From NCBI GenBank assembly GCA_050945515.1, contig JBMNTB010000004.1, positions 2,113-66,112 on the forward strand: a DNA stretch of 64,000 nucleotides, written 5' to 3'. This DNA comes from Saccharofermentanales bacterium (lineage in GTDB: Bacteria > Bacillota > Clostridia > Saccharofermentanales > DTU023). Positions 18,600-28,532 of this stretch are shown here, piece after piece (position 1 is the stretch's first letter; each line of letters opens with the position of its first letter). The position numbers and the translations under genes were made by a program. A model generated the notes under the pieces. That model ran no database searches. It worked only from the letters and a program-made list of their open reading frames with translations, and was not told where the DNA came from.

Positions 18600-19820
18600 A
18601 TGAATACTTCCCGTCCTTTCCTGCCCGTCATCCTTGGCACTGATATCAATACTTACGGCATGGCTCGCTCTTTCCATGAAGCATACGGTCTGCGTTCACT
18701 TGCCTTAGGCCGGCTGCGCCAATATGCAACATCCGATTCGGCCATTCTCGACGTCAATGTCTATCCAAACTTTGATACCGACCCGACTTTCCGCAAGCAA
18801 ATGCTGCAAATAGGTCAGGAGCTCAGCCGGCGCGGTCTGCCTCTGCTGCTGGTCCCCTGCTCGGATACCTATGTTGAACTTGTAAGCAGAAACCGTGAAA
18901 TATTGGAACCATATTTTCTCTTCAACTGTGTGTCGGAAGAACTGCGCCAAAAACTTGAGAATAAGCAAGACTTCTACCGCAGCTGTGCCGAACATGGACT
19001 GCCCTGTCCGGAGACCGCAGTCGTCAACAAATACTCCTTCCGCACTGTAGAATTGCCCTTCGACTTCCCGATCGCCGTCAAGGCCGATGACAGCATCGCT
19101 TATTTCCATCTGCACTTTGCCGACAAGAAAAAAGCTTATCAAGCTGCAAATCGAACGGAGCTGATGCAAATTCTGGAAACTATTTATGAGGCAGGCTACA
19201 GCGGCGACATGATTCTGCAGGACTTTATCCCCGGAGGCATGGAGAACATGTATGTCTTGAATGCCTATGTCGACCGGACAGGCCGGGTACGCATGACCTG
19301 CACCGCCCGCTGCGCTTTGGACGAATGCCTCCCTGCCGATATCGGCAATTACAATGCTCTGATCAGCGGCGATTATCCCGCAGTTGATGCCCAATGCAAG
19401 TCTTATCTGGAGCAGATCAACTACCGTGGCTTCGCCAACTTTGACCTTAAGTACGACCATCGCGATGGCCGGTACAAAGTCTTTGAACTCAATCTAAGGC
19501 AAGGCAGATCCAGTTTCTATACAACTGCCGCCGGCACTAATTTGGCCACTTGGCTCGCCGCTGATTTGCTTGGCGAAGGCGCTATAAAATATGTTCGCTG
19601 CACAGAGGAATATTTATGGCTGAACGTAGCTAAGAGAGTATTGCTCAACTATGCACCCTCTGCATTGAAGCCCGATCTCAAGCGACTGCTAAAAATAAAA
19701 AAGGTCAGCTATACACTGGATTATGCTCAGGATCGTTCATTGCGAAGACGCTTATCGCTGCTGAGGCGTAAATTATCAACACTCCGTTATTATCCGCATT
19801 TTTGCAGCAAAGAAAAATAA
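18600..19820 (+). CDS. ATP-grasp carboxylate-amine ligase, D-aspartate ligase (Aslfm/YxbA)-like
   Basis: PVILGTDINTYGMARSFHEAYG N-terminus, ILQDFIPG, FANFDLKYD.RDG.YKVFELNLRQGRSSFY. Confidence 0.8.
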   Translation: MNTSRPFLPVILGTDINTYGMARSFHEAYGLRSLALGRLRQYATSDSAILDVNVYPNFDTDPTFRKQMLQIGQELSRRGLPLLLVPCSDTYVELVSRNREILEPYFLFNCVSEELRQKLENKQDFYRSCAEHGLPCPETAVVNKYSFRTVELPFDFPIAVKADDSIAYFHLHFADKKKAYQAANRTELMQILETIYEAGYSGDMILQDFIPGGMENMYVLNAYVDRTGRVRMTCTARCALDECLPADIGNYNALISGDYPAVDAQCKSYLEQINYRGFANFDLKYDHRDGRYKVFELNLRQGRSSFYTTAAGTNLATWLAADLLGEGAIKYVRCTEEYLWLNVAKRVLLNYAPSALKPDLKRLLKIKKVSYTLDYAQDRSLRRRLSLLRRKLSTLRYYPHFCSKEK

Positions 19821-19838
19821 TCGCCGGAAATAATAATC

Positions 19839-21092
19839 TTAAGGAGTTCCAGTGCGATCGTTGTCGTCAGCATCAGAGCCGATGACTTCAGAGGCCGGCT
19901 CGTTCCCTGCCAAATTCCGTTTCCGCCGCGGCTTTTCAGCCTCACTCATTATTCGTTCAATACCGTCAGCCGGTTTCTTACTGGTTTTGAATTCGACATC
20001 TTCCTTTACCAGATGATAAATCGTCGCTAAGATCGGAACAGCAATTAAAATGCCGAACACTCCGCCTATGCCGCCGCCGACAACAACGGCCAGAAGCACC
20101 CAATGTGCGGCCAGACCGACACGAGTTCCCACAATCTTCGGATAGATGAGATTGCCCTCGATCTGTTGCAGGATAATCAGAAAGATGGAAAAGATCAGGG
20201 CTTTGAGCGGGCTGACAGTGATAATTAAAATGATACCGACAATATTGCCGATATAGGCTCCCAGTATCGGGATTAAAGCTGTAATACCAACCACACTCGC
20301 CACGACCGGTACAAACGGCAGACGCAGAATGAGCATGCCGATCGCCGTCAGAATTCCAAGAACAAAGGCACTGAGAAACTGCCCGCCGAAATATTTGGCA
20401 AAAGTCTCATTGGCTACGATCAAAACATGTGAGATTGAAATATTAAGCCGATCGGGCAAATAAGCATATCCCAGTCTCTTAAATTGCTTGACCAGTCTTT
20501 CTTTATTGGCCAGCAGATAGATAGCAAACATAATAGATAGAACCAGATCCATGAAATGAGACAAAACTTTACCGGCAATACCGATCAGATTGCCGACCCA
20601 ATTTTGGATCAGTGTCATTCCTTTGCTGATCATACTGTTGAAATCGAAGTCAGAGAAGAGAATTTTCTCCCGCAGCGCATCCGGTAAGAAATCGCTTTCT
20701 CGAACCCATTCTATAAATCGGACATAGGCTCTGGGCAAGCCTTCGGAAACTATGCTAATCGCTTTGATCATCTGCGGAATCACCAGGCCCAGGATCAGTG
20801 CAATCACGCCCAGCACTATCAGAATGGACAAGAGGAGTGAAACACCGCGCCGGCTTCTCTTGACCAGGGGGTGGTCGCTGTTGGGGAAGTATAGTCTTTC
20901 GACTCTGACCAGAAGTAAATTGAGTGCAAAGGCCAGCAGGCTGCCAATAATAATCGGCCTCAGAATAGCCAAGAGTCTTCGCCCCAAACTGACAACATCA
21001 CCCAAATATAGCGCCAGGATCGCAAATGCGCCTAAGGCGATCAGGATATAGAGCCAACTGTTAAAAAACTCTTTGGTATTCCGCCTTCTCAT
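19839..21092 (-). CDS. AI-2E family transporter
   Basis: LQQIEGNLIYPKIVG and GGIGGVFGILIAVP motifs. Confidence 0.9.
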   Translation of the reverse strand: MRRRNTKEFFNSWLYILIALGAFAILALYLGDVVSLGRRLLAILRPIIIGSLLAFALNLLLVRVERLYFPNSDHPLVKRSRRGVSLLLSILIVLGVIALILGLVIPQMIKAISIVSEGLPRAYVRFIEWVRESDFLPDALREKILFSDFDFNSMISKGMTLIQNWVGNLIGIAGKVLSHFMDLVLSIMFAIYLLANKERLVKQFKRLGYAYLPDRLNISISHVLIVANETFAKYFGGQFLSAFVLGILTAIGMLILRLPFVPVVASVVGITALIPILGAYIGNIVGIILIITVSPLKALIFSIFLIILQQIEGNLIYPKIVGTRVGLAAHWVLLAVVVGGGIGGVFGILIAVPILATIYHLVKEDVEFKTSKKPADGIERIMSEAEKPRRKRNLAGNEPASEVIGSDADDNDRTGTP

Positions 21093-21736
21093 TAATCCCT
21101 TTTATAGCCTCTAGCCAATCCCTCATCATATTTTGCCCGGCCGCCACCGATAAATCTCGGCCGCGTACGTGCCGCAGTAAGATGAGCAAAGCCGATGCTT
21201 TTGACCTGCAATCTAACTGATACCACTACATCTTTTAAGTGCATACCGATAAAAGTATCGCCAATATCGATTCCGGCATCAGCTTGAACCTTTTCAATTG
21301 CCACAGGATGGTGCATTGTCTCATAGGCTCTGGTAGCAAATGATCCGCCACCTTTGGCCCAGGGCACGACATTGACAATTTCTTTGTCCGGAACGACCTC
21401 ACGTTCAATAATTATACAACGATTTACATGCTCACAGCATTGTGCGGCAATATGCATGCCGTTTTCTTGCAGCACGCCGTTCACGGTATCATAAATTACC
21501 TCTGCTATTTCCTTGCTCGGATAGGAACCAATATGATGACCACCGACTTCGCTGCTCGAACATCCCACCACGACAATCATTCCGGGCTGCAGATTGGCCT
21601 TTGCAATAAATTCGGTAACAGCGGATAAAGTTTCCTGCTTGATCTGTGCCAAAAAATCCTTGTCCTCATGGCGCAGAACATCAACTGTCCCCTGCTCACC
21701 GGCTATATTTTCCGCCTTGACTGCTTCATCTTTCAT
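21092..21736 (-). CDS. TIGR01440 (UPF0340/YwlG-like) protein
   Basis: VVGCSSSEV, AQCCEHVNR, GIDIGDTFIGMHLK and ARTRPRFIGGGRA motifs. Confidence 0.9.
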   Translation of the reverse strand: MKDEAVKAENIAGEQGTVDVLRHEDKDFLAQIKQETLSAVTEFIAKANLQPGMIVVVGCSSSEVGGHHIGSYPSKEIAEVIYDTVNGVLQENGMHIAAQCCEHVNRCIIIEREVVPDKEIVNVVPWAKGGGSFATRAYETMHHPVAIEKVQADAGIDIGDTFIGMHLKDVVVSVRLQVKSIGFAHLTAARTRPRFIGGGRAKYDEGLARGYKRD

Positions 21737-21790
21737 GCCACTCGCCTTCCTTTCTGATTCCTTTCTAAATTGTACAATAATCCAAACTAC

Positions 21791-22441
21791 TTATGCAGAC
21801 AAACGTGATCTGATATAGGGATGGCGCTCCAAGAGAGTAATGATGGCAAAACCGGCAACCAGGCCAAAAGCCCCCTGCCCTAAATTGCCGGGAACACCCG
21901 CCAGAGCACCGGGTCCCATGCCCAAAATGATCGCTTCATAAATAAAATAACCCAAAACCATAAATAATTCGCCGACCGTGCCACTGATAATCCTGGCCAG
22001 AATACGCCCACCACTGCCCTTGAACTTCAAAGCGGAGAATAAAGTAGCCGCGATCAGTGCCACCAGTCCTTTGATGATCAAGGTACCCGGAGCAAACATG
22101 GTATAGCCGGCAATCAGATCGGCCAGCATTGAGCCGATGCCTGCTGCGGCAGACCCATAGACCGGACCTAAAACCCAGGCCGAAACCAGAACTACCACAT
22201 CGCCCATATTGAGAAAACCGCGGGAGGGAGTTGGGATTTGCACCAACAAAGTCGCCACTGTGGTCAGAGCTGCCAACATGCCCGCTGCCACCAGTTTTTG
22301 TAGCTGATTTAGACCGCCTTGGCTCTCAGCTTGATAACGACCCTCCGATTTCAGACGCTTCAATTCCTCAACCTTGCCTGCGCCGGAACCAGGCGAGGCA
22401 GAATTATCCATTTCACTATGTTTTTGATTGTTTTTTGACAA
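21791..22441 (-). CDS. ECF transporter S component
   Basis: IPTPSRGFLNMGDVVV...GIGSMLADL...APGTLIIKG pattern. Confidence 0.88.
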   Translation of the reverse strand: MSKNNQKHSEMDNSASPGSGAGKVEELKRLKSEGRYQAESQGGLNQLQKLVAAGMLAALTTVATLLVQIPTPSRGFLNMGDVVVLVSAWVLGPVYGSAAAGIGSMLADLIAGYTMFAPGTLIIKGLVALIAATLFSALKFKGSGGRILARIISGTVGELFMVLGYFIYEAIILGMGPGALAGVPGNLGQGAFGLVAGFAIITLLERHPYIRSRLSA

Positions 22442-22490
22442 AGTTAATAATCCTTTCTTGGTTTCTTTTCATACTCTTTCTATTCTTACT

Positions 22491-24347
22491 CTATGCTTCT
22501 GTCTCGATACTTTCAAGGGGATGGCGCGGACAATTGTCCGGCAAAGAAACAGTTACCTCGTTACTGCGAATTCTGGTATCCCGCGGCAGACGGAATTCCT
22601 CCCGATAAGATTCGTACATCTTCCTAAAACCGGTACCATCCTGCTTGACCTGTGCCAGATATTCATGTGTATTCAAACCATCAGCATGAATCTCAATCAT
22701 GGAGATAGCAATATTGCTGCAGTGATCCGCCACACGCTCCATACTGGTCACCAGATCGGAGAAGATAAAGCCCAGCTCCAGTGTACAATCTCCATAAGTC
22801 AGCCTGGCAATATGCCTGGCTGTCAACTCATCATTGAGACGGTCAATGACCTCTTCCAGAGGCTCCACCTGTACAGCAATATCGATATCGTCCTCCCTTA
22901 AAGCAGTTACGGCAAGATTGATACATTTAATCAGTGCCGCCTTATATACTGCCAACTCAGTCCGGGCATTATCCGAGAAACGCATTTTCTTTTCGTGCAT
23001 TTCAGCCGCAGCATGGACGAGATGGATGGAGTGATCGGACATTCTTTCCAATTCACTGATATTATGCAGCCAGATGGCGATCGTTTTATATTCATATTCT
23101 GTCAGCTCACGCGAGGATAACTTGACCATATAGGTACCGAGCCTATCTTCATAGCGATCAACCAGACCCTCCAATGCGGTCACTTCGACAAAGCCCTCAT
23201 GGTTATAATCTTCCAGCATAGCCAGAGCAGCATATAGTCCTTGCAGAGTTTTATCGATCATATCGCTGCCCAGTTTTTTAACCTGCTCCACGGCCAGAGC
23301 GGGTGTCTCCAGGAAGCGCTCATCCAGTAGCTTGAAGCGCTCTTCGATCTGGCTGGCTATTCGATCTTCTTCAGCATCCGGAACCAATTTGTGCGTCAGC
23401 TTTTCCATTTGATCGACAAAGGGCAGGAACATAATCGTACCGAAAATATTGAAGAGCGAGTGGATGATGGCAATGCCAACCGGAGCTATCTCATCGTTTA
23501 AGAAACTAAATTTGAAAATTGCATTGAGTGCATAGAATCCAGCGAGAAAGACGCAGGTTCCAATGGTATTAAAAGACAGATGGAAGATCGCCACGCGACG
23601 GGCATTGCGATTGGCTCCTACGGAAGAAATCAAGGCCGTAACAGTGGTGCCGATATTCTGACCCAAAATGATAGGAATTGCCGCCCCATAAGAAACCAGA
23701 CCGGTGCTAGCCAAGGCCTGCAAGATACCGACCGAGGCAGAAGATGACTGAATAATCGCTGTCAGCACAGCACCGACCAGAACGCCGATAATCGGATTGG
23801 AAAAGAGTAAAAACAGATTGCGGAAGGCTTCCACTTCGGCCAGGGGTGATACTGAAGCAGACATGGAATCCATGCCGTACATTAAGATAGCAAAGCCCAA
23901 CAAAATTCTGGCGATATTATGTTTTTTCTCATTCTGGGTAAACATGATAAAAATCACGCCGACGATGGCCATGATCGGCGTAAAGGACTCAGGATTCAGC
24001 ATGCGCACTAAGAGATTACTGCTTTCAATGCCAACTAAACTGAGAATCCAAGCAGTGATGGTAGTACCGATATTGGCGCCCATGATGACCGGAATCGCAT
24101 TGCGAAGCCTGATAATACCCGCATTGACCAAGCCAACCAGCATTACGGTTGTAGCGGATGATGACTGGATGATGGCAGTAATGCCTGCTCCCAGCGCCAC
24201 CCCTTTAATGCGATTTGAGGTCAGACTTTCCAGTATCGATTGTAATTTTGAGCCCGACAATCTGGTCAGTCCGACACTCATCAGATTCATACCGTAGAGA
24301 AAGAGTGCCAGACCCCCTACCAGTGACAGAACGCTAAATAAATCCAT
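22491..24347 (-). CDS. Na+/phosphate cotransporter with C-terminal PhoU-like domains
   Basis: Repeated QSSSA motifs, GANIGTT and GQNIGTT, and ERMSDH/ERVADH PhoU repeats. Confidence 0.93.
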   Translation of the reverse strand: MDLFSVLSLVGGLALFLYGMNLMSVGLTRLSGSKLQSILESLTSNRIKGVALGAGITAIIQSSSATTVMLVGLVNAGIIRLRNAIPVIMGANIGTTITAWILSLVGIESSNLLVRMLNPESFTPIMAIVGVIFIMFTQNEKKHNIARILLGFAILMYGMDSMSASVSPLAEVEAFRNLFLLFSNPIIGVLVGAVLTAIIQSSSASVGILQALASTGLVSYGAAIPIILGQNIGTTVTALISSVGANRNARRVAIFHLSFNTIGTCVFLAGFYALNAIFKFSFLNDEIAPVGIAIIHSLFNIFGTIMFLPFVDQMEKLTHKLVPDAEEDRIASQIEERFKLLDERFLETPALAVEQVKKLGSDMIDKTLQGLYAALAMLEDYNHEGFVEVTALEGLVDRYEDRLGTYMVKLSSRELTEYEYKTIAIWLHNISELERMSDHSIHLVHAAAEMHEKKMRFSDNARTELAVYKAALIKCINLAVTALREDDIDIAVQVEPLEEVIDRLNDELTARHIARLTYGDCTLELGFIFSDLVTSMERVADHCSNIAISMIEIHADGLNTHEYLAQVKQDGTGFRKMYESYREEFRLPRDTRIRSNEVTVSLPDNCPRHPLESIETEA

Positions 24348-24462
24348 GCAACTCCCTCAACAATGCCGCTCAATAATGGTCTCCCTTATTCAGCCTGCGC
24401 ATAGCAAATAATCCCATAAAAAGACGGACGAAAATAATTTCCCCGTCTATTCCCTCTAATAG

Positions 24463-24523
24463 CTTACACAAAATTAACATTAGTCGCTAGTCAATTTTAC
24501 CTGATGCTGATAAAGAATTTACA
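24463..24523 (+). promoter_or_regulatory. Putative PhoP-box array
   Basis: CTTACA 24463, TTAACA 24474, TTTACC 24496 and TTTACA 24518 all lie in an 11-bp phase, upstream of the Na/Pi transporter. Confidence 0.45.
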
Positions 24524-24774
24524 TTTATGGTGAAATCAATCATGAACCGGCCCTGATTGCTTATTGCCTTGATCAAAACTCCTAATCAACGGAAACGCAA
24601 TTGGAATTAAAACAATTAATGAATTATTGCGGCAGCTAATTAAAGGCCGCCAGCGGCAGCTGAAGCGCTTGCGCTCTAAATAGGCTATAATTTGGGAATA
24701 TTCATATAATATAATTAGGGACGGCGGCTGATTGCTGTTCGATTTTGATCATAAACTGACAGGAGCGGGAGATA

Positions 24775-25812
24775 ATGCAAGAACTACTGGATAATATGGC
24801 ACAGAAAGCTTTAGCGGTACTCGGCGAGGTCAAAACCGAGGCTGAGCTGCAAAAAATCACTCAGCAATATCTGGGCAAAAACGGTGAGCTGACTGCAGTT
24901 TTAAAAGGATTGGGAGGGCTGGAACCCGAGGCCAGAAAAACTACCGGCCAGGCAGCCAATCAAGTCAAGCTGATGTTGCAGACAGAGATCGAAGCCAAAA
25001 AGATTGAACTTAGCAATAATGCCCCGGTTCTCGATCATCAATATGATCTGACTTTGCCCGGGATCAAACCACCGGCCGGCGGCCTGCATCCGATTACTCA
25101 GATGTGTTACGATCTCAACGATGCTTTTTTATCTCTCGGTTTTGTTCTCTTTGCCGAGGATGAGATCTCCAGCGAATTATTCGCCTTTGACCATCTCAAC
25201 TTCCCTCCCGATCATCCGGCCCGGGAATCCATGGACACTTACTGGCTGGCCGGCACAGCAGACCTGTCCGGCGGCTCCAGACTCTGCCTGCGTCCCCACT
25301 TGACCGGAGCCAGTGTCAGATATTTGAAAGCGAATGGTGCGCCGGCACGCTTTGTCTATCCCGGCCGCGTCTACAGGAATGAAGCCACTGATGCCCGTCA
25401 CGAGCGCGCCTTTTTCCAATATGAGGCTTTGATCGTTGAGAAAGATTTTCCCTTTGCTTCCGGACGCTTGCTGATCGACACGATTCTGGAAAAAGTTTTT
25501 GGTCACAAGGTCAAGACCAGAATGCGAGCCGGATTCTTCCCCTTTGTGGAGCCGGGATTTGAGATCGATATGGAATGCCAAGTCTGTGGCGGCGTCGGCT
25601 GCCGTGTCTGCAAAAATGTCGGCTGGATTGAAGTTATGCCCGGCGGCACACCGCATCCGAATGTGTTGCGAGCTGCCGGTCTGAATCCGCGGGAGTGGAG
25701 CGGCTTCTACATTAATATCGGTCTCGACCGGCTGGTAATGATGCGCTATGGCGTCGACGATGTCCGTCTGTTCCACAGCGGTGACCTGCGCTTCCTGTCG
25801 CAGTTCAGTTAA
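24775..25812 (+). CDS. pheS: Phenylalanine-tRNA ligase alpha subunit, atypical amino-acid pocket
   Basis: N-terminal coiled coil, HP, HPAR, motif 2 GRVYRNE, FPFVEP, CxxC zinc finger, motif 3 GLDRL, DLRFLSQF end. Many pocket residues are substituted. Confidence 0.85.
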   Translation: MQELLDNMAQKALAVLGEVKTEAELQKITQQYLGKNGELTAVLKGLGGLEPEARKTTGQAANQVKLMLQTEIEAKKIELSNNAPVLDHQYDLTLPGIKPPAGGLHPITQMCYDLNDAFLSLGFVLFAEDEISSELFAFDHLNFPPDHPARESMDTYWLAGTADLSGGSRLCLRPHLTGASVRYLKANGAPARFVYPGRVYRNEATDARHERAFFQYEALIVEKDFPFASGRLLIDTILEKVFGHKVKTRMRAGFFPFVEPGFEIDMECQVCGGVGCRVCKNVGWIEVMPGGTPHPNVLRAAGLNPREWSGFYINIGLDRLVMMRYGVDDVRLFHSGDLRFLSQFS

Positions 25813-25921
25813 AGTGCGGTCCGGATCATAACGCCTTCGTCAAACAATCTGAAACAGAGCCGGGCACAGCCCGTGCAGCAGCTAACAATTAAAAGGAGGA
25901 GGCTGCAGAGCCTTTACAGAT

Positions 25922-28354
25922 ATGAAAATTTCATTGCAGTGGATTGGTGATTATGTTGATTTGAGCGATCTGGCACCGGAAGAGATTGCATATGAACTGA
26001 CGATGCGGACGGTCGAGGTGGAGGACATTCATAGCCAGGAGCAGGCATACGAGAAGATTGTTGTCGGCCTGATCCGCGAGCTGAAGCCGCATCCCAATGC
26101 CGATAAGCTCCGAATTGCAGTGGTCGATGTCGGCGCTGAGGAAGAGGCCACGATTGTCTGCGGGGGCAGCAATCTCTATGAGGGGCAGCGGGTGGTAGTC
26201 GCACTGCCGGGATCATATGTGAAATGGCATGGCGAAGGCGAACCCGTTGAGATCCGCAGCACTAAGTTGAGAGGCGTTGCGAGTGCTGGAATGATCTGTG
26301 CTTCTGAAGAGCTGGAATTGGAAGAACTGTTTCCGGCCCACAGCGAAGCAGAGATTATCGATCTCAAGGATTTTGATCTGTCTGCCGGCATGCCTCTGGC
26401 TCAGGCACTGCAACTGAATGATGTGATTTTAGAGATCGACAATAAATCGCTGACCAACCGCCCTGATCTCTGGGGGCATTACGGTATCGCCCGCGAACTG
26501 GCTGCTATTTTCAAACGGGACCTAAAACCCCTGTCCGAGTTCAAATTAGACCCGGCGCTGCGGGATAATGCAGCGGCTCTGCCGATTACCATAGAGGCTC
26601 CTCAGCGCTGTTCACGCTATGCCGGCTTGATCTTCAGCGGTGTTGATTCCCGCCCGGCACCCTTCTGGATGCAGGCCCGACTGCATGCCGCCGGCATGAG
26701 TCCGCACAATTGCCTGATCGATATCACCAACTATGTCATGCTGGCAACCGGCAATCCGACACATGGCTTTGACCGCCGCTTTGTAGAAAACGAGATTATT
26801 GTCAGAGAGGCCAGATCCGGCGAAACACTGGAATTGCTGGACGAAACCTTTCTGGAGCTGACTACGGAGGATCTGGTGATCTGTGATGCCGTAGAACCGA
26901 TGGCGCTGGCCGGCATCAAAGGCGGCAAAAAAGACTCCCTGCATGATGACACCACAGAGCTGGTGCTGGAGGTGGCGACCTTTGATGCCCTGAGCATCAG
27001 ACAGACTGCCCAGCGCTTTAATGTCCGTACCGAAGCTTCGGCCCGCTTCGAAAAAGCTTTGGATACTCAGCGGGTTGACCGGGCGATCGCTCTGGCCTGC
27101 GACCTGATCTTTGAGTATTTCCCGCAAGCGAAGTTGCTGGGCTTTTCGGATGCCGTCACCGATACAACTGAAGCCGCAACCATCGAAGTCGAGATCGAGG
27201 ATTTGACCAGGAGCCTGGGGCAGGAAGTGTCCTCCCGGGAAGTAAAGGCTCTGCTGACTGACCTGGGCTTTGAGGTCAGCGGTACTTCCGTACTAACAGT
27301 CACGGCTCCGAGTTGGCGCTCCACCGGCGATATTGAAGAATTCTGCGATATCGTGGAGGAAGTGGCGCGTCTGATAGGCTACGAGAACTTTAACTTTATT
27401 CCGCCGCGGGTGACACTGGAGAAAGCAGTCAAACAGGATCACTTTGCCCTGGAGAGAAGAATCCGCGAATATTTGGCTTTCCGTTGCGGCTTCCGGGAAA
27501 TTTTTACTTATCCCTGGGTAGCAGATGATCTGTTGGCAGCCACAGGAATTGATGCTGACGAAATGCTGAGCCTGGAGCAGCCGCCTGCGCCGGACCAAGC
27601 CAGGCTAAGATCGAGCTTGGTACCGGGTCTGCTGGGCAATGCCAGGGCCAATCTGCGCTATGTCGATGATCTGCGGGTATTCGAGCTGGCTCAGGTATTT
27701 CGGTCCGGACAGACGGTCGTTTCCGATCCTGCTGAGAAACTGCCCCGCCAAGAGCTCAATTTGGCCGCTGCTATCGTTGACGGCAGCGACAGAGGTGTTG
27801 AAATTTTCCGTGAGCTCAAGGGTGTACTGGAAGAGCTGCCCCGCTATACCGGCGCTGAGCCTTTTAGTTTCAGCTCTGTCCGAAAACCAAGCTGGGCAGA
27901 TGATGCAGTCTGGTTGAATCTGACCACTGCCACCGGCAATATTATCGGCAATCTGGGACTTGTATCCAGGAAAGCTCTGAATGGCGCCAATATCAAGAGA
28001 GTACAGATGGCAGTCTGTGAATTGTATCTGAATAAATTGCTGCCTTTGCCTAGCAGAGACAATATCTACCAGCCTCTGCCCCACTACCCGCTGGTCGAGG
28101 AAGACTTTGCGCTGGTAATTGACGAGACAGTATCCTGGGAACAGATCAGTGCGATTGTGGCACCCATGGTCCGCGATCTGTACTTCGTCGAAGAATACCG
28201 CGGCGCTCAGATCCCGGCCGGAAAAAAGTCATTGCTCTTCCATGTCCTGCTGGGATCAGATCAGGCGACCCTCTCGACAGAACAGATAGCCGGCAAGCGC
28301 GCTGCCATCATCAAACAACTCAATAAGCATCTGGGAGCAGAACTGCGTCAATAA
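25922..28354 (+). CDS. pheT: Phenylalanine-tRNA ligase beta subunit
   Basis: HPNADKL, TNRPDLWGHYGIARE, B3/4 domain, SARFEK, EEVARLIGY and C-terminal FDX-ACB domain. Confidence 0.92.
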   Translation: MKISLQWIGDYVDLSDLAPEEIAYELTMRTVEVEDIHSQEQAYEKIVVGLIRELKPHPNADKLRIAVVDVGAEEEATIVCGGSNLYEGQRVVVALPGSYVKWHGEGEPVEIRSTKLRGVASAGMICASEELELEELFPAHSEAEIIDLKDFDLSAGMPLAQALQLNDVILEIDNKSLTNRPDLWGHYGIARELAAIFKRDLKPLSEFKLDPALRDNAAALPITIEAPQRCSRYAGLIFSGVDSRPAPFWMQARLHAAGMSPHNCLIDITNYVMLATGNPTHGFDRRFVENEIIVREARSGETLELLDETFLELTTEDLVICDAVEPMALAGIKGGKKDSLHDDTTELVLEVATFDALSIRQTAQRFNVRTEASARFEKALDTQRVDRAIALACDLIFEYFPQAKLLGFSDAVTDTTEAATIEVEIEDLTRSLGQEVSSREVKALLTDLGFEVSGTSVLTVTAPSWRSTGDIEEFCDIVEEVARLIGYENFNFIPPRVTLEKAVKQDHFALERRIREYLAFRCGFREIFTYPWVADDLLAATGIDADEMLSLEQPPAPDQARLRSSLVPGLLGNARANLRYVDDLRVFELAQVFRSGQTVVSDPAEKLPRQELNLAAAIVDGSDRGVEIFRELKGVLEELPRYTGAEPFSFSSVRKPSWADDAVWLNLTTATGNIIGNLGLVSRKALNGANIKRVQMAVCELYLNKLLPLPSRDNIYQPLPHYPLVEEDFALVIDETVSWEQISAIVAPMVRDLYFVEEYRGAQIPAGKKSLLFHVLLGSDQATLSTEQIAGKRAAIIKQLNKHLGAELRQ

Positions 28355-28532
28355 CCAACCCAATAATCCAGTCATACTCAAAGGCTTCATCAAACCGCAA
28401 GCCTTATCTTAACACTTGGGTTTAATAATAATAGACTCTATTCATTGAATACAAAGCAGACGATTCGGTACATTGACTTCTGCTGTAAGGTTCGAGTAAA
28501 ATAAAGTTACACTTTAGTTTCCTCGAAAGAAG

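Noticed and set aside
24530-24774. Expected T-box leaders upstream of pheS (and of aspS at 48960-49019)
   Set aside because: No AGGGTGG-ACCGCG-type T-box bulge or terminator is found in either leader.
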